Source: a virus
Lineage: Duplodnaviria > Caudoviricetes
DNA: 42,070 bases
IMG/VR virus record: IMGVR_UViG_3300033067_001197
Span: 1 to 42,070 of that record
Reading direction: 5' to 3' (one strand)
Shown: positions 28,273 to 36,368 of the stretch, piece after piece
How positions within the stretch are numbered: the first letter of the stretch is position 1
Layout of the letters: every line of letters begins with the position of its first letter
The notes under the pieces: generated by a model
Databases searched by the model: none
Seen by the model: the letters and a program-made list of their open reading frames with translations, nothing else
What the model was told of the DNA's origin: nothing
Program-made: the position numbers and the translations under genes

Positions 28273-28302
28273 ATTGTAGAAAGAAAAATTCCCTAGAGTC
28301 AA
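28273..28302 (-). promoter_or_regulatory. sigma70-type promoter for a leaderless HNH transcript
   Basis: TTGACT-N18-TACAAT, then 7 nt to the GTG start; no SD. Confidence 0.65.
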
Positions 28303-28323
28303 GTTTGGTAACCCTAGGGGATT
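28284..28323 (-). terminator. rho-independent terminator after the capsid/decoration genes
   Basis: AATCCCCTAGGGT-loop-ACTCTAGGGAAT followed by TTTTCTTT on the - strand. Confidence 0.7.
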
Positions 28324-28341
28324 CAATAGGATAGAAAGGAA

Positions 28342-28407
28342 TTAACAGTTGGGCTTAGGCTTTGGCATGGGTTTTGCTGGAGCCTGTTTTGGTTTATGGG
28401 AAGACAT
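28342..28407 (-). CDS. 21-aa Lys/Pro-rich peptide (MSSHKPKQAPAKPMPKPKPNC)
   Basis: ATG 1 nt after the decoration-gene stop; ends just before the terminator. Confidence 0.45.
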   Translation of the reverse strand: MSSHKPKQAPAKPMPKPKPNC

Positions 28408-28408
28408 A

Positions 28409-28909
28409 TTAATCAGCGCTCATCCTTAGGCGGATAACCGCGTTAAAGCCTTTCCCCGCGCTACCCGGCACGGCACTAGCTCCCGACTGCATGGTCCAGT
28501 TGATAGCTAGCTGGTCACCCGCCGAAACCGCAGCGCTTGCCTGATTGATCTGGGCGCTCACAATATTAGCGGCGCTCGGGCCAAGGGTACATTGTCGCAC
28601 CACAAGAGCAGAGGTGGCGACTGGTCCGGTGATAGCAGGAACAGTGCTAAGGACAGAGGCGGAATTCTTACGAAGATCCGCACTTACAGTCCCACTAACG
28701 AACCCTGAGGCACTAAGAGCGACGTTAACTACGCTAATGTAAAAATCCACAATGCGCCCATTAGCAGGACAAGTAAACACAGGAACTAGCGTATTGGCCG
28801 AAGTGACGTGAACGCTAGATTCGTTAGCTAGAATTGGCAGCACGATTACACGCTCATCATAACCGTAGCCGCGTACTGCATCATTACCGAGGAACAATCT
28901 ATCTGGCAT
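28409..28909 (-). CDS. probable capsid decoration protein
   Basis: Directly after the MCP; AAGGAG SD; S/A/V-rich beta protein. Confidence 0.6.
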   Translation of the reverse strand: MPDRLFLGNDAVRGYGYDERVIVLPILANESSVHVTSANTLVPVFTCPANGRIVDFYISVVNVALSASGFVSGTVSADLRKNSASVLSTVPAITGPVATSALVVRQCTLGPSAANIVSAQINQASAAVSAGDQLAINWTMQSGASAVPGSAGKGFNAVIRLRMSAD

Positions 28910-28940
28910 GGTATATTTTTCTCCTTATTTCCTTTCCTTC

Positions 28941-29936
28941 TTACAGACCCAACTGTGTGGGAACATCCCAGGTGATATAACGGAAATTCCCGCCGATACC
29001 CGAGGGGCCTTCAGTTACGACACCAGCGAAAGTATAACGATAAGAAACGATGGTTCCAATTTCGCCAGTGGGATCGTACAGCGTGGGGCCTCGGGAACTG
29101 ATGGTGTTAATTTTAAACTTCTGAGTGTTTGGATCGGTTACATCAGAGGGACCCACACCCTCAAGAGAGGTATAACCAACACCATTCTTTGAGAACAGAT
29201 AAACGCGATAAGTGTTCGGTGAACCGGAAGTAACCGCAACGTTGGTGGTGGTCATGAACCGAACGCCGTTAAAGGTATCCATCGTGTCCTTGCGGGCATT
29301 AGCGTTCATGAAGGACTTGGGGACCCCGGTGTACTTGAACATATCAGCGTAACCGTTTGCGGCGGGGTCGTTGATTACGTCAAACCATGTATAAGGGTGC
29401 ATGATGCACAGGTAGTTGCCGTCATCGAAGGGTAGGAAATCCCGACCTTGGAGACGCGCCACACCACCCCTAATATCTGCCGCAGTGAGGTAGGTATCGA
29501 GAGCGGAGATGACGGTGGAGGCGTTGAAATTGTCCATATTCGCCCGCATCACCAAATCGTTGCTTAGCCCCGCCTGATAGCCAAGCAAAGCTGAAGCATT
29601 CTCAGCGATAGAATCAATTGCGGTGTCTTGGACGAAGGTGGAGAGGGAGATGAAGGCGGAATACTGAGAGAGATCCGCAGCCACGATTCGGGAACTTATC
29701 GTTAGGGACGTTCCAACGGTTCCTTCTCGTGAGGTGGAGGTAGAACCTGCCATGTTATCATAACGGAACCACTGGCAGGTTCGACCAACGCGCTTTGGCA
29801 TCATATCACTGAAGGCGGGTTCCTTGAATCGGAAAGTCTTCTGTGCGCGATCCAGCCCGACTTTAGAGTAATACGTAGCTACTAGGTGGGCTAACCCAGT
29901 GCTCGTGGTTGTCATGCCTACAGGTACGTATGCCAT
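28941..29936 (-). CDS. major capsid protein (HK97 fold, N4-gp56-like)
   Basis: 331 aa; MP..G.T..W.RY, EG, QY, LG.QAG..D, Y..IMHP..D, GVRF..T, DP..G motifs. Confidence 0.88.
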   Translation of the reverse strand: MAYVPVGMTTTSTGLAHLVATYYSKVGLDRAQKTFRFKEPAFSDMMPKRVGRTCQWFRYDNMAGSTSTSREGTVGTSLTISSRIVAADLSQYSAFISLSTFVQDTAIDSIAENASALLGYQAGLSNDLVMRANMDNFNASTVISALDTYLTAADIRGGVARLQGRDFLPFDDGNYLCIMHPYTWFDVINDPAANGYADMFKYTGVPKSFMNANARKDTMDTFNGVRFMTTTNVAVTSGSPNTYRVYLFSKNGVGYTSLEGVGPSDVTDPNTQKFKINTISSRGPTLYDPTGEIGTIVSYRYTFAGVVTEGPSGIGGNFRYITWDVPTQLGL

Positions 29937-29983
29937 AGTTTAAAAGATATCTCTCTTTCAATTAAAGTATATCATAAGATAAA

Positions 29984-30634
29984 TTACGTAATTACCACGG
30001 AGGGATAAGACGTGGTTACGACCTTAAGGATTGCTTGGAGCTTACCCGTGGCTGTGAGATTGGGCATCGCCAAAATCTTCTTAATCTGTTCCACCTTTGC
30101 GTCATCGCTCATCTGTGGCGGTTTTGCCATCGCCAAGAATTCCTGATAATCATAGGCGGTTACAGTCTTTCCATCCGGCGAAGGAATGAAAACGAATGAC
30201 CCATCCTTTACGGGAAAGTCCACGGGTGGAAGGGCGGGATTCCCCGCGATATTAAGCTCTGCGGCCCAATCAGATGGTAGGGAGAGTTTGACCAGATATG
30301 GGACACCGTTAGGGAATAAGTAAGCATGCTCCACCAGAGTATTTACAACGGTTAGATTATAGGTTGACGTGAACTTGGGGTTGTTACGGTCAATCGGAGT
30401 GAGAAGCAGCTTGGAAGTTGCGTCACCAATGGTTTCTCGGTCGAAAAACTTATACTCTACACCTGTGTTCCAGAAGGCGAAGGGATTCCACACTGGGGCG
30501 TTATCTCGCCACAATTTTGTCGCTTTCGCGGGGTTCCGTGGGGCGGGAAGACCAGGGGCCTTTGAGGCGAAATCCGCTTCATCCTTATAAAACGCAAGTC
30601 CGTTGGGAATCAAATCGTATTGAGTAAGTGGCAT
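29984..30634 (-). CDS. hypothetical Pro-rich protein between scaffold and capsid
   Basis: TAATG coupling with the scaffold stop; GGAGGT SD. Confidence 0.7.
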   Translation of the reverse strand: MPLTQYDLIPNGLAFYKDEADFASKAPGLPAPRNPAKATKLWRDNAPVWNPFAFWNTGVEYKFFDRETIGDATSKLLLTPIDRNNPKFTSTYNLTVVNTLVEHAYLFPNGVPYLVKLSLPSDWAAELNIAGNPALPPVDFPVKDGSFVFIPSPDGKTVTAYDYQEFLAMAKPPQMSDDAKVEQIKKILAMPNLTATGKLQAILKVVTTSYPSVVIT

Positions 30635-31503
30635 TAAAAGTTACCTCCTGTGGCTTTCATCAAAAAACTCTTGAGATCATCTGGGCTCATATTTGGGGCG
30701 AGTCTTTCCGCCATCTCAAGCTGCGAAGGGCTCACTACTGCGTTTTGGGAACCCGTTGTGGAAGGTGGGGGCGGGGGAGCCTGCATGTACTGGGCATAAG
30801 GGGAGCGAATTGCGTCGTTGTAATTCCCCTGTTGTGGGGGAGCACCATTCTGAACTCCATTTTGTGCCTGCTGTGCGGCTTGAAGGGCTTGCATTAGCTG
30901 CGCTCGTTGCTGTTCTCGGAAGGCGTTTTCGTCGGGGATCAATTTTTGTGAAGCGGCCCAGTTAGCGGCCATTTCCAAGTTTTGCGCGGTGACTGGCATC
31001 CTATTTGCCTCACAAATCTTCTCTAAACCCGTCATAATACCGCTCTGCGCGTATAGAGGGTGCGCCATTGTAAAGCGTTGAGTTTCGAGGGCTTTTTCTA
31101 ACTGATCGATTCGTGCGAATTTACTCGCAAGAGCCTTTTCCAAGGTTCCATTCGGATCACTCACGAGGTTTTGGACGAATTCCATGGGGTCATTTCCGCC
31201 CCGTGGTTCTGGAGTAGGTGGAGCCTGTGGAACTTGGGCCGCTTGAATTGCCGCCAACTTTGCCTCATACTGGGACTTTTCCGCCTGATAAGCCTGAGCA
31301 ATTCCACTCAAGCGCCGATCAACCTCACTCTGCAACTCCTCGGGGGTCTTAACGCTAATTTGTTCATTCCCGAAACGAATGTTAAGCGGAGCCGCCGTAG
31401 GAGTAGATGCTGGATCACCTCCTTTAATGTCATACTTGCGCAAAAGCGCGTCAATATCATCTGCCATATTCCCCGTTGAAGTGGGGAGATTTTCTGTGGA
31501 CAT
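30634..31503 (-). CDS. probable capsid scaffolding protein
   Basis: Q/A/P-rich helical protein between portal and MCP; C-terminal MSPDDLK helix. Confidence 0.7.
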   Translation of the reverse strand: MSTENLPTSTGNMADDIDALLRKYDIKGGDPASTPTAAPLNIRFGNEQISVKTPEELQSEVDRRLSGIAQAYQAEKSQYEAKLAAIQAAQVPQAPPTPEPRGGNDPMEFVQNLVSDPNGTLEKALASKFARIDQLEKALETQRFTMAHPLYAQSGIMTGLEKICEANRMPVTAQNLEMAANWAASQKLIPDENAFREQQRAQLMQALQAAQQAQNGVQNGAPPQQGNYNDAIRSPYAQYMQAPPPPPSTTGSQNAVVSPSQLEMAERLAPNMSPDDLKSFLMKATGGNF

Positions 31504-31547
31504 CTTTAAAAAATAAAACCTTTCCTAAATCTAATTATAACTCTGCG

Positions 31548-31877
31548 CTAGCGGATGAATGTGCCCTTGGTGTCCCCGGAACCATCCGCAATCCAGGGGT
31601 GATCGTGGGTATCTCGTTGGAAAAAGGATAGTTGATTTGATTCCGCTACCTTTTGGGAGATATCCTCTTTTAGCTCTTGAATCCCCCGCAGAACCGCATA
31701 GGAACCTCGGAGGTTGTTTAAAATTTGAATATCCTCCCCACTTTCGCCCCGAGAACCGAGGGAAACCTCTACGGCGGATTGATGGGTCGTGTTAAGAATT
31801 TCCATCAATACTTCATAGCCGGGGGAGTTAAACATTTGGTGGAGGGCGTTTAGTTGCCCTCCGTTGAGTTCGGTCAT
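31548..31877 (-). CDS. small portal-adjacent head protein
   Basis: L..MFNSPGY..L..RG pattern typical after podovirus portals. Confidence 0.65.
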   Translation of the reverse strand: MTELNGGQLNALHQMFNSPGYEVLMEILNTTHQSAVEVSLGSRGESGEDIQILNNLRGSYAVLRGIQELKEDISQKVAESNQLSFFQRDTHDHPWIADGSGDTKGTFIR

Positions 31878-31899
31878 TTTACAAAAAATCCTTTACTTT

Positions 31900-34182
31900 C
31901 TACTTTTTATCGCCGCGTTTCCGATCCGTTTGAACCGCGCTTCGTTTCGTTCTCACCGATCCCACCTTAGGTTCCTGAGAGGCAAGTTTTAGCTTCTGCT
32001 CATGAGATTCCTCAGTGTGACGAAGTGATTGTTGGTTCATAGCGGCTTTCGTTTGAAGATTCATCCCAATCTCCTCGCGTTTTCCTAGTAAGTTCATCTG
32101 AGATTCTCGGCCCTTGAGAGCAATCTCCTGCTGCTTACCTCTTAGTTTAGCCTGTTCCATGAACATTTTCAACTGGGCGAGGGCTTGTTTTGCGCGAAGA
32201 TCGTGGTCCTTCATTTCAATGTCTTTATTTTTTAAAGCCATCTCCATTTCGGTTTCCATTTGCTTCATTTGCATTTCCTCGGGTGAGGGGCCGCTATTTT
32301 TCATCTGCGCAATCTGGAGAGCGACTTCATTCTTCTGTTGTTCCCCTTGGGCTTTCATCTGCCCCATTTGGAGCCGCGTTTGAGCCTCAAGTTGTGCCTT
32401 TGCCATTTCCCCAGGTTGTTTCGCCTGTTCTGCGGCTTGCTGTTGCTGCTGCATGAATTGCTTCTCCTCGGGGGTTAATGGCCGGATAATTCCATAACGA
32501 CGGGGGATTCCTGTGGCATCCATGAGCATTTGCATCAATTCGTTAAAATCTACGGTTTGCCCACTTTGATTGAGCATCCCCATCACTTGGCCGTTCATCA
32601 CATTTTGCGCCACAAACTGATACATTTGTGTGAGGCGATCACGGGAGAGCATTTTTGAAGCCCCACGAGCACGAACACGGGTGTTTTCCTTAAAGGCTTG
32701 GGCGGAAATTTGAATAAACTTCGCCTCTTCGGGGTTACGTTCATCTCGGATTACTCCAGGAACGGTGTCCATTGAAGAGAGGTGAATGGAGGAAATCTTG
32801 AGGGCCTTCCACACGGAGGGGATGATTCCATAGTTTTCAAAATTATCCACAATAGGATATAAACGAATAGCGCTCCCTTGTAATTGCGAATTCACACCAG
32901 AGGCGGTTCGGTTTGCATTCGATGGGGAAGGCATTCCGCTAAGCATGGAGGAAATACCTGTGCGGCGATCAGCGGCGTTTTGAATATACCCAATCTCTTG
33001 GAAGATATCCTTCGTGGTGTCTTGAACGTTGACGGCATTGAACTTTTCCGGTTCCTCCATTTGGTACATCGAACCCGGACCCCAGGTTTGCATTTGGGGG
33101 GTGAACATAAATCCACGCGGAACAGCCCTGGGAGGAAATAAATTTAACGTAACTTGATCTAGGCGCGCGTTAACGAGGCTTTCCAGATAACGGTGATTGG
33201 ATTCTTGAACATCCGCAACGCTAAGGGAATATGGTGACCCTGTGTAGACGTAACAAGGAATGAGAACATAAGGGAGGAAACCGTAAATATTGGTGTCCTT
33301 GTACATCACTAGTTGCCGCCCAATGACCCAAATTATTTGATTTTGAGTGTAATATTGGAGGACTTCGATGCGCTTTTGAGCGGGCACAGGAGAGTTATCA
33401 CTTGCGCCAACGGAGTAGTTAATCCCATGTAGCGCTTCTTTGTATTCCTTCCCCCTGTCGCCATCGGTTTTGTTATAGCCTTGGGCTAGGGTCCACAGGA
33501 TTTCCTTCGATGGGACGTACATCCGTTTGTCACCACGGAACTTCTCGAACTCCTCGATAGTAAGGAATGTGCGCTCGATAATAGCGCGTGAGCGGTCAAT
33601 GAATGGCCCCGGAGTGGCGGGATCTAAGTAGATATTTCGAGGGTCTTTACGGGTTAAATACGGTAGCTTAAGCGAGGAATTGAATTCCACCTTGAGCACT
33701 GCCACCCCGTAAATGAGTTGATCCTTGGCGGCGTTTTTGTACTCCACCTCTGCGCTCATTTGCGTTAACTGGGGGTAATTCCAGGCGTAGTCCATATACG
33801 CCCCTTGTGCTCTTGCGGCCCTTGGATCGCCCCCTACGTCGGATTCAACTGAGAAATACTCCGGTTGCGTGAACAGGGATTGACAAAGCATTGCATAAGC
33901 AGCTTCAACCTGTTCTCCCACAATTCCAGCCCCAAGGCTAGAGCGCATCAATTTGGTGTTTGGCCAAAAACGGGGCTCCACATAGGCGCAATAGAGCGCA
34001 TCATTGAGTCTCCACCGACGTTCGGAACTTTGGCGCTCTCGTTCGTAGTAATGGAAATCCTCTAGGACCTGAGTGAGAGCGTAGCTATCCGATAGCTTCT
34101 CTGCTGGATCTGTGGAGAGCTTAAGCGGCTCGGAATCAAGTGAAACTTGTTCTACTTCTGGGACAACCCCGAATTCGGGCAC
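31900..34182 (-). CDS. portal protein with long C-terminal Q/M/K coiled extension
   Basis: YG.AVLKV, DP.NIYLDP, PY, TGIS..G..RTASGV motifs; follows the terminase. Confidence 0.88.
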   Translation of the reverse strand: MPEFGVVPEVEQVSLDSEPLKLSTDPAEKLSDSYALTQVLEDFHYYERERQSSERRWRLNDALYCAYVEPRFWPNTKLMRSSLGAGIVGEQVEAAYAMLCQSLFTQPEYFSVESDVGGDPRAARAQGAYMDYAWNYPQLTQMSAEVEYKNAAKDQLIYGVAVLKVEFNSSLKLPYLTRKDPRNIYLDPATPGPFIDRSRAIIERTFLTIEEFEKFRGDKRMYVPSKEILWTLAQGYNKTDGDRGKEYKEALHGINYSVGASDNSPVPAQKRIEVLQYYTQNQIIWVIGRQLVMYKDTNIYGFLPYVLIPCYVYTGSPYSLSVADVQESNHRYLESLVNARLDQVTLNLFPPRAVPRGFMFTPQMQTWGPGSMYQMEEPEKFNAVNVQDTTKDIFQEIGYIQNAADRRTGISSMLSGMPSPSNANRTASGVNSQLQGSAIRLYPIVDNFENYGIIPSVWKALKISSIHLSSMDTVPGVIRDERNPEEAKFIQISAQAFKENTRVRARGASKMLSRDRLTQMYQFVAQNVMNGQVMGMLNQSGQTVDFNELMQMLMDATGIPRRYGIIRPLTPEEKQFMQQQQQAAEQAKQPGEMAKAQLEAQTRLQMGQMKAQGEQQKNEVALQIAQMKNSGPSPEEMQMKQMETEMEMALKNKDIEMKDHDLRAKQALAQLKMFMEQAKLRGKQQEIALKGRESQMNLLGKREEIGMNLQTKAAMNQQSLRHTEESHEQKLKLASQEPKVGSVRTKRSAVQTDRKRGDKK

Positions 34183-34184
34183 TA

Positions 34185-34439
34185 TTAATTACCTTTCTTC
34201 TCACCTTTAGCAACGTAAGGGGTTGTGGCGGGGGTCCCATCTGGGTTGTTTTGCGCCATCTTCCACAAAATTAGAGCTTGGAGCGCAAATTTTGCCCCCA
34301 CAATCACCTCATTCGGGACTTCCCCATTGTCTTTTGCTAGAGTTCCGAGAATTTCAAGTGCGGTGGTGGAGGTAACCGCCTTTCCAACGGTCAATCCGGT
34401 GAATTTAAGCCCTTTTCCGAGTTGTTTTAGAAATTTCAT
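34185..34439 (-). CDS. small amphipathic/membrane protein (holin candidate)
   Basis: GGAGGAG SD before ATG 34439; hydrophobic VIVGAKFALQALILW; NPDGTPA motif. Confidence 0.5.
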   Translation of the reverse strand: MKFLKQLGKGLKFTGLTVGKAVTSTTALEILGTLAKDNGEVPNEVIVGAKFALQALILWKMAQNNPDGTPATTPYVAKGEKKGN

Positions 34440-34469
34440 GCGCTTACAAAGCTCCTCCACTCTATTTTA

Positions 34470-36353
34470 TCACTTAAATTGAGCGTAGAAACTCTCAAAG
34501 AGCGTGTCGGGGGTCAAAATGTTTGTGCAATCCGAGTTTACGGGGTTGGTTTCCATTGGGAGATTACCTGTGGCGACCATAAAAGCCACTTCTGCCCCAG
34601 GGTCATCGAAGACATTTACGTAGTAATTGGGCGAAGTAGGCTTTCCCCACTCTTTTCCGTACCATTCACGAGCGTCAAAGATATCTGCGATGGCATCTAA
34701 AATGTCATCTGAGGTACTTTTTGGGAATTCTCGAAGTTCTTGAATGAGCCCCTCCCAAGCGGCATCATGAATATAGTCACGAACGAAACGGAGATCCCCC
34801 TTTCGATAGGGACTTTGGAGGGTGAGGCGGATTCGTTCCTCTTTTTCCTTGAAAGGATGGCGTTTTGTCCACTTAATGTAAGGTTTATAATTTGAAGGAT
34901 TTGTTTGCCATTCCCTTTCCAAGGCGACTTTTAAACCACGGGTGAAATTTACATCCTCCATTAAGAGATACGAGGGGCGAAGGTGGTTACAAAGTTTGAT
35001 GAGAGCCTCTACGCTCTGGTGAGGTTCCCATTTTTCCCGAATAATTTTGTCAACATAGGTACGACCTGCGCGATCGATGGTGGCGTGAACGAAAGCGGTC
35101 CAATTTGCGCGTTCCGAAACGGTTTCCGCGAAGTCCACACTCAAAACCGAGAAGGCTTTTATGATTAAATTTTCATACTCGTGTGTGGGAACTATGGCAG
35201 GACGAGTGTAGACACCATCTTTTTCAGTGATGGGAAAATCTGGAACCCCTCCTCTGCCGCCAATGGGGCGATTTCTCATCTGAGCACTAAAGTTTGTGGG
35301 ATCTTCTTTTTCGTTAAGAAGTAATTTCTTAACCGATCCATAGCGGCCCAAGAGATGGGGAGGGAAGGAGGGGATGGGGAGCCCTTTGTCATCCTTCTTA
35401 TCTGGAAGGTTCAGTTCCTCAGGGAGATACTTTCGTTTTTCTGGATCGAGATCCGGCATGAAAACGCCTCGGCAGTAAACTTCCCACTCAGTTTCCCCGT
35501 CTTCACGTAATTGACGTTCTCTGCGGCCCAAGATATCGCCATAAAGATCCCCGAAGTGATATCGGGTTCCCTCTACGTCGATCCAATAACCTAGACCTGT
35601 GAGGAGGTATTCCGCTTTGCCGAATTTATCAATAGTCTTCTTACATTGATCTAAGGTTTCTGTATTTTCAGGCTCCACTACGTCTGAGTATTTACAAACT
35701 TCAAAGTGGTATCCAGCAAGTCCAGCGTCAAGGGATGCGGCCATAACACTCTTTTCCCGTCGTGTGCCGCTTCGTTTATGCTCAATATCCCAGATGTCGA
35801 AATAAGCCTTTGTTCCATAGTCATAGACTTTCTCATCAGGGGGGCACAGTTCGGGGAATAGGGCGCGGAATTTCCCATTGAACTGGAAGTGTTCCTTAAT
35901 GGCCTTAAGGATTGTTTCCGCCTTTTCAAGTTTGTACTGGAAGATTGCAAGGCACGCTTGGGGGTAATTGATAAGCCATTGAATCCCGTGGCATTCGCAA
36001 TTGATGGTAGTTTTAAACGATCCACGGTGATCTAGGATTAATCTACGACGCGCCCCCACAAGGTTCTCCATATTCGGAACAACGGGGGTATAATTCCATT
36101 CCCCATCTCTATAGACATCGTTTTCCTCAAATTGTCCCTTGGTGGGCTTAGGGAATTTCTGAAGTTTACTAATGAGGGGGCCGTTGAATTCCTCCGAGAC
36201 ATCGGGTTTATTCAACACTGTTGTGGCGAGGTAAAGGAGATTAGTCCTCGCCCTCCACCTTGAAGCCTTTAATTCCGCCCTTTCGCGGGGGGATAACTTT
36301 GATAGATCGATGCGATCATTCTTTTTGATCTCATCGAGAAGTTCTTTTGCCAT
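34470..36353 (-). CDS. terL: terminase large subunit
   Basis: RGSFKTT Walker A, GYHF..SDVV Walker B, GTRY..DLYG, RNase-H-like VDFA..MED..DDILDA. Confidence 0.9.
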   Translation of the reverse strand: MAKELLDEIKKNDRIDLSKLSPRERAELKASRWRARTNLLYLATTVLNKPDVSEEFNGPLISKLQKFPKPTKGQFEENDVYRDGEWNYTPVVPNMENLVGARRRLILDHRGSFKTTINCECHGIQWLINYPQACLAIFQYKLEKAETILKAIKEHFQFNGKFRALFPELCPPDEKVYDYGTKAYFDIWDIEHKRSGTRREKSVMAASLDAGLAGYHFEVCKYSDVVEPENTETLDQCKKTIDKFGKAEYLLTGLGYWIDVEGTRYHFGDLYGDILGRRERQLREDGETEWEVYCRGVFMPDLDPEKRKYLPEELNLPDKKDDKGLPIPSFPPHLLGRYGSVKKLLLNEKEDPTNFSAQMRNRPIGGRGGVPDFPITEKDGVYTRPAIVPTHEYENLIIKAFSVLSVDFAETVSERANWTAFVHATIDRAGRTYVDKIIREKWEPHQSVEALIKLCNHLRPSYLLMEDVNFTRGLKVALEREWQTNPSNYKPYIKWTKRHPFKEKEERIRLTLQSPYRKGDLRFVRDYIHDAAWEGLIQELREFPKSTSDDILDAIADIFDAREWYGKEWGKPTSPNYYVNVFDDPGAEVAFMVATGNLPMETNPVNSDCTNILTPDTLFESFYAQFK

Positions 36354-36368
36354 TTAAAATTTAAAACC

